A stretch of DNA of 64,000 bases from Microgenomates group bacterium (lineage in GTDB: Bacteria > Patescibacteriota > Microgenomatia > UBA10105 > UBA927): positions 842,505 to 906,504 of the forward strand of contig JBAQFJ010000001.1 of the NCBI GenBank assembly GCA_049287205.1, read 5' to 3'. The stretch's first letter is position 1, and each line of letters begins with the position of its first letter. Below, piece by piece: positions 20,438 to 29,898 of this stretch. The translations under genes were made by a program, and so were the position numbers. The notes under the pieces are model-generated. The model had not been told where the DNA came from, made no database searches, and worked only from the letters and a program-made list of their open reading frames with translations.

Positions 20438-21034
20438 TCCGATTTGCGGATTTTCTTTCTTCTTAGGATACGAAAAATCAATATCAATTGTTGTACTGTT
20501 GTTCCATTTATCAATATATTTTAACAAATTATTTTTTCTCCCAAAATCATACAGATCTCTTGTCAACGCAACATCTGCTTCACAATATGTCTGCAGTTTT
20601 TGAAGACTTACCGGATCCCCTTTTGCCCAATAAATAACCGCATTTGTTCCCACATCTGTTTTGTCATCTCCAATGGTTTCTTTTGCAAGTGCACTGAGTC
20701 CGATTCTTCTTCCCGTCTTTTGCCTGACAAGTTCCATGATGTCAAAATGATTTAATGAAAGAAAATTTATTTTGGTATACGGTTGAAGTGCCGGCACATC
20801 AAATTTTAAAGAATTGAACCCAATGATTCTATCTGCAGATTCAAAGAGTGGCCACATGTTGTCAAAGTCTTTTTCCCAAAAACTTTGCATCTCTCCGCTC
20901 AATTCATCAAACACATCATTCAGTTTTCTGCTATACACCGAGACGATAGACACTCCAAGATCTCCAGGATCATCAGTTGTGATATCGCTGAATAATTTTT
21001 TTGTCTCAACATCAAAGATAAGCTCGGAAATCAT
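20429..21034 (-). CDS. DEDD-family (DnaQ-like) 3'-5' exonuclease domain protein
   Basis: Exo I FDVET, Exo II-like NSLKFDVPAL, Exo III YCEADVALTRDLY. Confidence 0.55.
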   Translation of the reverse strand: MISELIFDVETKKLFSDITTDDPGDLGVSIVSVYSRKLNDVFDELSGEMQSFWEKDFDNMWPLFESADRIIGFNSLKFDVPALQPYTKINFLSLNHFDIMELVRQKTGRRIGLSALAKETIGDDKTDVGTNAVIYWAKGDPVSLQKLQTYCEADVALTRDLYDFGRKNNLLKYIDKWNNSTTIDIDFSYPKKKENPQIGLF

Positions 21035-21149
21035 ATAGGTAATTTTAAAAAGGTATGTTTTCTATCCTATCACACGAGTCACACGACTGTCGACGGAAAT
21101 AATTTTCCTCCATACATTTTTTTAAATATCCATGCTATAGTATGACAAT

Positions 21150-21641
21150 ATGAATACACAATCAAATGCAACCGGGTCTGAAGAGGTATGTCCAAAATGC
21201 GGAAGTAAACTCGGCGAAGTTGTTGTCACAAGTAGCGGCAAAAAACTTAAACGCTGCAGTGCGGGCATGTGGAACGCCGAAACAAAAAAAATTGACGGAT
21301 GCGACTATGTGCTGTGGCTTCCATTTGAACCGGAAACGCTTGATGAAAAATGCCCCAAGTGCGGTGCACCACTTGTGCTTACCATGACTCGATTTGGCAA
21401 AAAGATGAAAAAATGTTCCACGGGCGGATGGGATGCGACAAAAAAAGAGGCAACGGGATGTGACTTCGTCGAATGGATCAACGGAACAACCGAAGCACTT
21501 GAGGAAGAATGCCCGGATTGTGGTGCAAAACTCGTCCTTTACACGACTTCCTCTGGAAAAAAGATGAAAAAATGTTCCACCGCAGGATGGGATAGAGAAA
21601 AAAAACAAGCAACAGGATGCACCTATGTCCAGTGGCTCTAA
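21150..21641 (+). CDS. protein made of three tandem topoisomerase-type C4 zinc ribbons
   Basis: Three roughly 50-aa repeats CP(K/D)CG-x15-KKCS-x2-GW-x10-GC-x-(Y/F)V-x-W. Resembles the zf-C4_Topoisom ssDNA-binding ribbons. Confidence 0.6.
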   Translation: MNTQSNATGSEEVCPKCGSKLGEVVVTSSGKKLKRCSAGMWNAETKKIDGCDYVLWLPFEPETLDEKCPKCGAPLVLTMTRFGKKMKKCSTGGWDATKKEATGCDFVEWINGTTEALEEECPDCGAKLVLYTTSSGKKMKKCSTAGWDREKKQATGCTYVQWL

Positions 21642-22059
21642 CCCAACATCACCGATTAACAGCCCTTCAGTCATCGTAAAAGAGTCTGAATATAAAGGAC
21701 GCGGAGTATTTGCAGTCCAAACATTTGCAGCCGGCGAAATCATTGAAGCCTGCCCAGTGGTGTATATTGCACCAAAAGAACGAACGCATTTAGAAAAAAC
21801 GATTCTTGCCTATTACATCTATCCTTGGACAAGCACGCGGTGTGGTGTCATGGTGCTCGGATATGGTTCCATCTACAACCATTCCTTCACTCCTAATACC
21901 GAGTGGGTACAGGATTTCAAGGAAAAAACTATGATATATCGTGCGACGAAATCAATACAGATAGGAGAGGAAATTCTGGTAAATTACAATGGCTATGAAG
22001 ATAAAGATGCTCAAAAACCAATTGACTGGTTTAAGGAATTTGAAGAAAAATATCATTAA
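21625..22059 (+). CDS. SET-domain protein (putative protein lysine methyltransferase)
   Basis: GRGVFAV (GxG), YNHSFTPN (NHSCxPN) and EEILVNYNGY (ELxFDY) motifs in canonical order. Start overlaps the zinc-ribbon gene by 17 nt. Confidence 0.7.
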   Translation: MSSGSNPTSPINSPSVIVKESEYKGRGVFAVQTFAAGEIIEACPVVYIAPKERTHLEKTILAYYIYPWTSTRCGVMVLGYGSIYNHSFTPNTEWVQDFKEKTMIYRATKSIQIGEEILVNYNGYEDKDAQKPIDWFKEFEEKYH

Positions 22060-22062
22060 TAC

Positions 22063-22509
22063 TTACCATCCAAATTCAGAATAAAAAATAGATTTTGTAT
22101 GATTCAGAATAGCTTCTCTGATATAGGGAATCGTATTTTTTGGTAACGTATCAATAGGAAACCATTGGAGTCGACTACATTTGTCCGATTCCATGTTTTT
22201 TGGCTCTCCCTTCCACGCCTCAATAAGAAAGAAGAAATCCATACGGATATCATTGCTTTTCCTGTGCATGACATGGACCAGTTGTAGATCTTCCACCTGC
22301 ACAACAACCCCCACCTCTTCCTGAATTTCCCGTTTGGTTCCATATGTAATGGTTTCTCCGTCTTCTATATGTCCTGCGGGAAGACTAAACCAACCATCCA
22401 TATATCCGGTATTTTTCCTCTCGGAGAGTAAAATTTTATTTTTTTGATAAAAAATCCATATCCTGAAGCAATCATTCGAAATCGTTCCATATGGGAGAAA
22501 GTATAGCAT
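22063..22509 (-). CDS. NUDIX hydrolase
   Basis: Nudix box GHIEDGETITYGTKREIQEEVGV. Confidence 0.8.
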   Translation of the reverse strand: MLYFLPYGTISNDCFRIWIFYQKNKILLSERKNTGYMDGWFSLPAGHIEDGETITYGTKREIQEEVGVVVQVEDLQLVHVMHRKSNDIRMDFFFLIEAWKGEPKNMESDKCSRLQWFPIDTLPKNTIPYIREAILNHTKSIFYSEFGW

Positions 22510-22535
22510 ATCGATACTGATTTCCTTTTTTTACG

Positions 22536-23183
22536 TTATTCGATTCCATCACGAATATTCGTCAAAGACTGAAGATTGGATATGGTAATGTGTTTATAAG
22601 CAGATGAAACCAATCCCCGCTTCTGCAGATTATTCATTTCTATACTTATGGTTTCTCTTGCAACCCCAACAAAATTTGCAATGTCCTGATGTGAAATTGG
22701 CAGTTCAATATGAACCTTATTTTCTTTCAGCTGTCCAAATCTACCAGCTAACATAACAAGCGTCGCGATGGTTCGCTGGGTAACGGTACCAAATAACTGA
22801 TACTGAAGATTTTCTAATATTCCCTGCATACCTCTGCTTGTACGCCTGGTAAAATCAAGCAAAACTTCTTGATTATGATTCACAAAACCAAGTACATCAT
22901 CAACTGGAACTTGTTTCACAATGCTCTCTGTAAATGACTCAAAATAATAGGTGTTCGCACCAGCGTCTATTGCCAAAAATAATGGAAAAAATGATCTAGG
23001 TTTAAATATGGTAATTGTCAGCTCCTTGCCGCTTGCAAGAAGTTTATACATCCGGACATACCCGTTAACAAGATAAAAAATATGAGAGATATACAAATCC
23101 GGCTGCAAAATAAGTTCACCCTTTTTTACTTTTACCATCGGGTACGGATCAAAAAATGCCGTCAATTCATTTTGTACTGTCAT
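22536..23183 (-). CDS. Crp/Fnr-family transcriptional regulator
   Basis: N-terminal cNMP-binding fold plus C-terminal HTH (SHQDIANFVGVARETISIEMNNLQKRGLV). Confidence 0.8.
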   Translation of the reverse strand: MTVQNELTAFFDPYPMVKVKKGELILQPDLYISHIFYLVNGYVRMYKLLASGKELTITIFKPRSFFPLFLAIDAGANTYYFESFTESIVKQVPVDDVLGFVNHNQEVLLDFTRRTSRGMQGILENLQYQLFGTVTQRTIATLVMLAGRFGQLKENKVHIELPISHQDIANFVGVARETISIEMNNLQKRGLVSSAYKHITISNLQSLTNIRDGIE

Positions 23184-23192
23184 ACCTATATT

Positions 23193-23208
23193 TGTGAGAT
23201 TTCTTACA
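23193..23208. promoter_or_regulatory. CRP-like palindrome TGTGA-N6-TTACA
   Basis: TGTGAGATTTCTTACA lies in the 97-bp divergent region between the crp-family gene and the cupredoxin gene. One mismatch to TGTGA-N6-TCACA. Confidence 0.35.
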
Positions 23209-23280
23209 GATAGTGCACCTTATTATAGTTACTATTTATTTAGAGTCAAAAGTATACATACATTTTTTTCAATAGATACT

Positions 23281-23712
23281 ATGAATAAAACAACAAGTAT
23301 TATTATCGCATTTATCGTTATTATCGGTGGTATTTGGTATATATCTACTAGAAAGGCGTCCGTGACAAACAACATAGTAAAACAGGAAGTTCAACCAGTT
23401 GTTGTGACGCAAGCTACTTCTTTGCCAATGGCAACTAACGTAAGGGCATTTACCGTTGAAGGAGGAAATTTCAAATTTACCCCGAATACGATTTCAGTAA
23501 ATCAGGGAGATACTGTAAAAATAACGTTTAAAAATACGGAAGGGTTTCATGACTTCGTCTTAGACGAATATCAACTACGTACCAAACAAATTCCCGCCGG
23601 ACAAGAAGAGACAATGGAGTTTGTTGCCGACAAAGTCGGAACATTTGAATTCTATTGTTCAGTAGGAACGCATAGAAAAATGGGTATGGTAGGCACATTG
23701 GAGGTGAAGTAA
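23281..23712 (+). CDS. cupredoxin (plastocyanin/azurin-like blue copper protein), membrane-anchored
   Basis: Type-1 Cu ligands FHDF ... YCSVGTHRKMGM (H, C, H, M). N-terminal TM helix. ATG 23281 preferred over track start 23194. Confidence 0.7.
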   Translation: MNKTTSIIIAFIVIIGGIWYISTRKASVTNNIVKQEVQPVVVTQATSLPMATNVRAFTVEGGNFKFTPNTISVNQGDTVKITFKNTEGFHDFVLDEYQLRTKQIPAGQEETMEFVADKVGTFEFYCSVGTHRKMGMVGTLEVK

Positions 23713-23826
23713 TATGTCATGTCCAACATAAACTATATTAGTGTATCTACGAATAGCGGGTTGTTGACTCCATATCAATAACCCAAAGAACTTATTAACA
23801 ATTATACAAAAGGAGGTGAAGTGTAC

Positions 23827-23925
23827 ATGAGCTATAAAGAACAACAAAAAATTCTGCAACCAAAAGGTCGACGACCGATTCTTGCAATTTGGAGAAAACT
23901 TCAACATATTCAACAAGACAAGTAA
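23827..23925 (+). CDS. candidate small basic protein (32 aa) MSYKEQQKILQPKGRRPILAIWRKLQHIQQDK
   Basis: Not in ORF track (under 60 aa). Strong SD AAGGAGGTGAA 7 nt upstream of ATG. Lies in the 364-bp gap before sodA. Confidence 0.3.
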   Translation: MSYKEQQKILQPKGRRPILAIWRKLQHIQQDK

Positions 23926-24076
23926 ATAACCTCCCAACCGCTGCTTTTCTGTTTCCCCTTTTCCCCCCTCTTTCTTTTGTCGGGGAAGATTGTAAGGATT
24001 CTTACGGAATCAGTGGAGCACATACACTAGACTATATATGGATACGTAAAATGAAGTTTTTCTATCCATAGTACCT

Positions 24077-24658
24077 ATGTTTCAATTACCAAAACTGGCA
24101 TATTCATTTGACGCACTCGAACCTTCCATTGACCATACCACAATGGAGATACATTACAAAAAACACCATCAAGCGTATGTCGATAATCTCAATACTGTAT
24201 TGGAACGCTATCCAAACTTATCAACGCTTCCCATCCAAACACTCCTGTCCACAATATTCAACGAAGAAATGCCAGAAACAGATAAAATAAAAATAAGAAA
24301 TTTTGGTGGCGGACACGCAAATCATACATTCTTCTGGTCAATTATGGGAAATAAAAAAACTCCTGATACAGATGTAGTGAAACGAATTCTTGATTCATAT
24401 GGGTCACTGGAACACTTCAAGGAACAGTTCACCAAGTCTGCGCTTGGGCTGTTTGGAAGCGGATGGGTGTGGCTCGTAGAAAACAATGAGAAATCTCTTG
24501 AGCTATATACGTTGCCAAATCAGGATTCTCCATATCTCCTTGGACATACACCAATTCTTGGATTAGACCTCTGGGAACACGCCTATTACCTAAAATACCA
24601 GAACAAAAAAGCGGACTACATCAACAACTGGTGGAGTATCGTAACACTGTTACCTTAA
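24077..24658 (+). CDS. sodA: Fe/Mn superoxide dismutase
   Basis: LPKLAYSFDALEPSIDHTTMEIHYKKHHQAYV and DLWEHAYY motifs. Confidence 0.9.
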   Translation: MFQLPKLAYSFDALEPSIDHTTMEIHYKKHHQAYVDNLNTVLERYPNLSTLPIQTLLSTIFNEEMPETDKIKIRNFGGGHANHTFFWSIMGNKKTPDTDVVKRILDSYGSLEHFKEQFTKSALGLFGSGWVWLVENNEKSLELYTLPNQDSPYLLGHTPILGLDLWEHAYYLKYQNKKADYINNWWSIVTLLP

Positions 24659-24664
24659 CAGGAC

Positions 24665-24898
24665 TTACAACTGCAGGTAAGTCAACAACTTAAACATAAG
24701 GATTGCCGGCCAAAAGATTGACTTCCCAATGCCAATCATCACCGCTCCAAATGTCGTTGCATTCTGGAGAAAATAAAACAAAGCTCCGATAACACCAAGT
24801 CCATAGATCGAACATGGTTGTCCGCCCAGATGGTGACAACGAGGTTTACAAACTGACTTTTCCTGACAACATGTTTCTTGCGTTTCTTCTTTTTTCAT
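24665..24898 (-). CDS. small Cys-rich membrane protein (hypothetical)
   Basis: Track ORF. N-terminal CC-x6-C-x3-C-x8-C then two hydrophobic helices. Uncertain. Confidence 0.3.
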   Translation of the reverse strand: MKKEETQETCCQEKSVCKPRCHHLGGQPCSIYGLGVIGALFYFLQNATTFGAVMIGIGKSIFWPAILMFKLLTYLQL

Positions 24899-25090
24899 AT
24901 AGTTCTATTTTACATTACTCAATTATGACGTGCAAACCACAAGTAAAAAGTGATATACTACCCATTGGATGTATCATTCAAATGCTTCACATAAGGATTT
25001 TGTCTTCGTCAGACATCTTTCAGGTGTCTGACTTGTCATGCCATCATTTCCAATACTTCCATAGGAACCAAACACCGTAATCATTGTCCT

Positions 25091-25411
25091 TTGTGTCTCT
25101 GGTCGAAGCATGTTGATCAACATATTCCTGGAGACAGAAAGTCATCTTGCGGCGCAAAGATGAAACCTATCGGACTCACATATAAATCTAATGATGAATT
25201 GATGATGGTACACCTATGTCTCAATTGTGGAAAAATCTCAATAAACAGAATTGCAGGTGATGATAATCCATATACTATTACGTGTTTACTTGATGCATCT
25301 CGCGATATCGAGAAGTCTATTGCTTCTCGATTTGCTCATCGTGGAATAACGTTATTAACTCAAGAGGATCGACATGATGTTCTCACTGTTCTTTATGGCA
25401 ATACCCAATGA
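25091..25411 (+). CDS. RNHCP-like zinc-ribbon protein (hypothetical)
   Basis: CGAK ... HLCLNCGKIS Cys pairs. Start may be the internal ATG at 25160. Confidence 0.4.
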   Translation: MCLWSKHVDQHIPGDRKSSCGAKMKPIGLTYKSNDELMMVHLCLNCGKISINRIAGDDNPYTITCLLDASRDIEKSIASRFAHRGITLLTQEDRHDVLTVLYGNTQ

Positions 25412-25479
25412 AGACTATATGCAAACAAATGACTGTAAATTATAATTCGTTGCTCCCCCCAGAAAACGGATAAGGATTG

Positions 25480-26052
25480 CTATTTAAGAACTGCATTGAG
25501 CAATTCAGGAAATTTTGTTGTTTTCATGTCTTCAAAACAGAAGTGACCGAAATTGTGAAACTCCTTATATTCAATTCCTTGTATTTGTTGTTTGATAATA
25601 TCAACTGTTTTCAAAACACTTTTCTGATCGTCATCTGAATAGAAAACAGTTATTCCAGCGGTTCTTGATACGATATTTGGATCAATTTTAAAGTCGTCAA
25701 AAAAGTTTTTGGTATGTTCATGATCCGGATCAAGCCATGGAGCAACTAATATGACTTTTCCTACTTTTAGATCCGGATGAATACTTACATATTTAATCCA
25801 AAATCCTGCACCGGTACTATGACCTACAAGAATTGTTTCTGATGTAATCTCAAATCGTTCAACTTCTCTATTCCAAACAGGCCAATTTCTATCAAATGCA
25901 TGTGGAACCTCAGGAGTAGCAGCAGATATTTCGTTTTTCAGAAGTTGCCCTTGTAACCATGGAATCCAATGTGCATTGCTCATACTTGGCGCTTCCGGAT
26001 CATAATACTCTTCTTTGGATGGGCCACCATGAAGGATGATTGCATTTTTCAT
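25480..26052 (-). CDS. alpha/beta serine hydrolase, RBBP9/YdeN-like
   Basis: ILHGG ... HW ... VGHSTG nucleophile elbow. About 190 aa, typical of the family. Confidence 0.65.
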   Translation of the reverse strand: MKNAIILHGGPSKEEYYDPEAPSMSNAHWIPWLQGQLLKNEISAATPEVPHAFDRNWPVWNREVERFEITSETILVGHSTGAGFWIKYVSIHPDLKVGKVILVAPWLDPDHEHTKNFFDDFKIDPNIVSRTAGITVFYSDDDQKSVLKTVDIIKQQIQGIEYKEFHNFGHFCFEDMKTTKFPELLNAVLK

Positions 26053-26213
26053 ATGGACATTATATCAAAAGTTCAAGCATCCTCAATGAGGTTTTAGATT
26101 AATATACTCGAGAATCGTAACTCTAATATAACCTCGCAATTAGCCTGTATTATCAAGACTTTCTTTAACTTTAGGCTTGTAGCTCACATTAGAGAGGAAA
26201 TAAAAAAATGAAC

Positions 26214-27020
26214 CTATTTATTGCTGTTGATAATTAGTTGCAGTTGTTTATGTAAATTTGGAGCGGCAGCGCAAAAAGTAAAGTTCTGCTTTTCTTTTCC
26301 TAAAGGGTTTGAGTAATCGATCGGTTTTCCAAAAAAATCGGTGTATATTCCACCCGCTTCTTCTATGATTAATTGCGGTGCTACATTATCCCAAATTTTA
26401 CTAGTTCGATTTAAATACGCACCATATTTCCCCTTTGCTACCATCATATAGTCAAAAACACTATTGCTTGCTCTAAGATTGCGAATGTTTAAAACTACTT
26501 CAGATAGTAAATCACATTCATCTTTTGTTATATTAGGATTTTCTTGGTGCCCATCAATCCCATAAGCGACAAGAGTATTTATTAATTTGTTTTCTGTAGA
26601 AATATGTAGTGCTTCTTCGTTACAAAAAGCGCCTTTACCCTTCTCGGCAAAATATATTTCGGAATATTCAGGCATACTAACACCACCAATAAGAGGTGTA
26701 TCACCGTCTAACAAACCAACTAATATACCGTATGTAGGTATTCCGTTAGCAAAATTACTTGTACCATCTATTGGATCAACAACCCAAGTATATTGGGATT
26801 TATTGTCAATAATCCCTGCTTCTTCATCAATAATATTGTGATTGGGATATTTTTTATATAGAGAGGATACAATTAATTTTCCGATTTCTATATCAGTTTT
26901 GGTTAATACTTGGTTTGAGTCATTTGATTTCGAAGTGCCCGACACTTTTCCAAAGTTATTTTTAGCAATATCAGAAGCCTTTTTTAAAATTTCAATAACA
27001 AAATTTTTATAGTCGGTCAT
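26214..27020 (-). CDS. inositol monophosphatase family protein
   Basis: WVVDPIDGTSNF metal-binding motif. Confidence 0.85.
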   Translation of the reverse strand: MTDYKNFVIEILKKASDIAKNNFGKVSGTSKSNDSNQVLTKTDIEIGKLIVSSLYKKYPNHNIIDEEAGIIDNKSQYTWVVDPIDGTSNFANGIPTYGILVGLLDGDTPLIGGVSMPEYSEIYFAEKGKGAFCNEEALHISTENKLINTLVAYGIDGHQENPNITKDECDLLSEVVLNIRNLRASNSVFDYMMVAKGKYGAYLNRTSKIWDNVAPQLIIEEAGGIYTDFFGKPIDYSNPLGKEKQNFTFCAAAPNLHKQLQLIINSNK

Positions 27021-27054
27021 GCTGATTATTATAGTATATTAAGTGCCAACTCTG

Positions 27055-27126
27055 CTCCCCCGCGAGGATTCGAACCTCGAACCTTCTTCTTAACAGGAAG
27101 CCGCTCTACCATTGAGCTACAGGGGA
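27055..27126 (-). tRNA. tRNA-Asn (GTT)
   Basis: Cloverleaf UCCCCUG/CGGGGGA acceptor, D arm GCUC/GAGC, anticodon loop CUGUUAA, T loop UUCGAAU. Confidence 0.85.
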
Positions 27127-27214
27127 ATGTTAAGAATACTTTGGTATTATACCACGGCTATTTTGATTTTGGCAGTGAAAAAGTATACCCTTACTATATA
27201 AGGAGGACACCCCT

Positions 27215-27532
27215 ATGAACGGTTGTCTTACAATTGGCGGTATTATTTTTTTACTCCCCTTCATTGCGTTTATCGCATTTATCATTAAACTCATTGTCAA
27301 AGGAAAAAATGAGGCGTGGAAAGGAACGATTACTGATAAATCTCACAATACAAAACGAGGCAGTTTTGAGGATAGTCATAAAACCGAAAGTTTCTACTCC
27401 TTAAAAGTAAAAATGACTGACGGTAAAGAACGCAATATTGCTGTCTCCAGTAAATTTTGGACGGAATGTAAGGTTGGAGATACAATCGAAAAACCAAAAG
27501 GTGCGATGTATCCAACTAAATTAGTTGGATAA
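27215..27532 (+). CDS. small membrane-anchored protein (hypothetical)
   Basis: AAGGAGGA RBS. N-terminal TM helix. Confidence 0.45.
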   Translation: MNGCLTIGGIIFLLPFIAFIAFIIKLIVKGKNEAWKGTITDKSHNTKRGSFEDSHKTESFYSLKVKMTDGKERNIAVSSKFWTECKVGDTIEKPKGAMYPTKLVG

Positions 27533-27545
27533 CTTCCTTTACAGC

Positions 27546-28700
27546 TTAAAACGAAAGTAAATACTCCGCTGCACGAACCAATAAATGCGGGGAGGAAACT
27601 TTATTTTGTTGGAATTCCTCTTTCCATGCTCCATTTTTCCATACTGTAAGCGCTTTTGTGATACGTTTTATTTTTTCTTTATTCATATGAAATCCTAATG
27701 GAAAAAACAAAATATCACGAGTAGTTGACCATTTGCTGTCTGGAAATTTTGACCAAACAACAATATTTTTACGTTTAAGATAGGAAAGTAACGTTCCATC
27801 CATTTTTTTCTTCAACCCAACCGGATATACGTGTAATTTGCCATAATTACTTCGCTTCATCATGATTCGATAAAAAGGTGAGGATTTTGTATAGAGTGGC
27901 TTGAACATATGTTCGTAAATCTTTGTCTGCTCCCTCTTCACCCGCTCTACCGCTTCCCGATTAAGCCATTGCGAAACCCATGCGATCCCCCATATTCCGC
28001 GATGCGCCACAGTGTCGCCCATAATGTCGTCATGATTCTTCAAGATTTTTTTATGTGCAAACACTGCTATTGATGGTTTATTTAACACATATGACGCGAC
28101 TAATACCATCCTGAATAACATATATAAAAGCGTTGTATGTATTGTATACATAGACCAAAAACGTTTTGTCTGTGAAAATTGCATGCCCTTTTTTGTTCCA
28201 TACAGAAAACTTCCATATAACGGGGTCACTTTTCGGAGACTATCCATCAAAAAATGCTTTTCGTTTACAGGTTTCACTGTTTGCGGATCCAATAATTGTT
28301 GAACACAGTCTTCAATAAGGAGCGCCTTTTTTGTTATTTTTTGTATAACAGACAACGTACCAATTACAGTGCTCGCGATTCCTGCCGCATGAAAAATAAT
28401 GACAACTGCGGGGTGGTGACGCTGTACACTTCGAAGTAGCGCTTGTTTTTTAATCTGGAAATGCTTATCCAGCTTATAAAATGCCACGATATATCCATGT
28501 GAGCGCATATTATTAATCACGTCCGTACAATAAAAATCAGGAAGCAAGATAGTGCTCCCCTTTTCTATTTGTTTTTTTTGAAGCAAATCCCATAACCCGT
28601 CTTCCCAAGACCAGTAATAATATCGTTTTGTGAAGACATTCGGAAGACTCACGCGAGAGCTTAAAAAAGGAAATAAAAACGGTTGATAATGTTCAATCAT
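27546..28700 (-). CDS. hypothetical protein (384 aa)
   Basis: Track ORF. Weak resemblance to the DegT-like aminotransferase fold only. Unassigned. Confidence 0.4.
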   Translation of the reverse strand: MIEHYQPFLFPFLSSRVSLPNVFTKRYYYWSWEDGLWDLLQKKQIEKGSTILLPDFYCTDVINNMRSHGYIVAFYKLDKHFQIKKQALLRSVQRHHPAVVIIFHAAGIASTVIGTLSVIQKITKKALLIEDCVQQLLDPQTVKPVNEKHFLMDSLRKVTPLYGSFLYGTKKGMQFSQTKRFWSMYTIHTTLLYMLFRMVLVASYVLNKPSIAVFAHKKILKNHDDIMGDTVAHRGIWGIAWVSQWLNREAVERVKREQTKIYEHMFKPLYTKSSPFYRIMMKRSNYGKLHVYPVGLKKKMDGTLLSYLKRKNIVVWSKFPDSKWSTTRDILFFPLGFHMNKEKIKRITKALTVWKNGAWKEEFQQNKVSSPHLLVRAAEYLLSF

Positions 28701-28725
28701 ACGTTTTGAAAATAATAAGAAAGCA

Positions 28726-29859
28726 CTATTCGAGGTAGTCTTTCAACTTCTTACTCCGTGACGGATGGCGAAGTTTTCGTAAGGCTTTTGCCTCAATTTG
28801 TCTGATACGTTCACGGGTGACTCCAAACATGGCTCCCACTTCTTCCAATGTTCTCGGTTTTCCATCCTCCAGCCCGAAACGCAAAATAAGTACTTTTTTT
28901 TCTCTATCTGAAAGTGTTGTCAGTACTTCTTCCATGTGCTCTTTCAACAGTTGTTTGCTGGTCTGATCATACGGGGTTGGCCCCGGGTCGGAAATAAAAT
29001 CTCCTAAATGACTGTCTTCCTCATCGCCTACCGGTGTTTCCAGACTGGTTGGTTCCTGAGAGACTTTCATAATCTCCCGTACTTTTGTCACGTCGACTTC
29101 CATTGCTTTTGCAATTTCCTCTGGAAACGGTTCACGGCCAAGATCCTGCATGAGACGCCTTGAAATTCTTGCAAACCTGTTAATCGTTTCCACCATGTGC
29201 ACAGGAATACGAATGGTACGCGCCTGATCTGCAATTGCTCTCGTTATTGCCTGTCTAATCCACCACGTTGCGTATGTGGAAAATTTATATCCCTTTCGCC
29301 AATCATATTTTTCAACTGCTCGTATTAGCCCCTGATTTCCCTCTTGAATAAGATCCAAAAGACTCATACCACGCCCGATATATTTCTTTGCGATAGACAC
29401 AACAAGCCGAAGATTCGATTCTGTTAACTTACGTTTTGCTTTTTTATCCCCTTTTTCATACCGTTTTGCAAGATATATTTCATCTTCAAATTTAAGAAGC
29501 GGAATACGTCCAATTTCTTTTAAATACATGCGAACCGGATCTGATACGGGCTCAACACTGGAAGTTGCGAGTGATTCAATTTCCTTTTCGAGCTCTTCAA
29601 TACTTTTTCCTGCTTCTTTTTCCACATCAGCTGACGTTGTTTCAAACACGTCAACACCCGCGCGAATCAATTTATCGTATAAACTATCTATCTCAATGAT
29701 GTGTTCTTCCGGTTTTGGATAAAGGAACAGGATATCTTCCTGAGAAATGAAGCCGTTTTCTTTTCCTTCTTTTAAGAGGTCTTCTGCACTAGAAACATTT
29801 TTTGCTTTTGCCATAATTGTACCGTGAGTCCCTGCAGGCAAATGAGTACTCATTTGCAA
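28726..29859 (-). CDS. rpoD: RNA polymerase sigma factor RpoD (sigma-70)
   Basis: Region 2 [37 protein letters not shown], plus regions 3 and 4. Start may be at MAKAK (29814). Confidence 0.9.
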   Translation of the reverse strand: MQMSTHLPAGTHGTIMAKAKNVSSAEDLLKEGKENGFISQEDILFLYPKPEEHIIEIDSLYDKLIRAGVDVFETTSADVEKEAGKSIEELEKEIESLATSSVEPVSDPVRMYLKEIGRIPLLKFEDEIYLAKRYEKGDKKAKRKLTESNLRLVVSIAKKYIGRGMSLLDLIQEGNQGLIRAVEKYDWRKGYKFSTYATWWIRQAITRAIADQARTIRIPVHMVETINRFARISRRLMQDLGREPFPEEIAKAMEVDVTKVREIMKVSQEPTSLETPVGDEEDSHLGDFISDPGPTPYDQTSKQLLKEHMEEVLTTLSDREKKVLILRFGLEDGKPRTLEEVGAMFGVTRERIRQIEAKALRKLRHPSRSKKLKDYLE

Positions 29860-29898
29860 ACAATGAACTTCGCTTGGATTAGTAGGATTATAACAGAA

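Noticed and set aside
23194-23280. Upstream extension of the cupredoxin ORF to 23194
   Set aside because: The extension has no hydrophobic or signal logic and would bury the divergent promoter and CRP-like site. The ATG at 23281 followed by a TM helix is more plausible.
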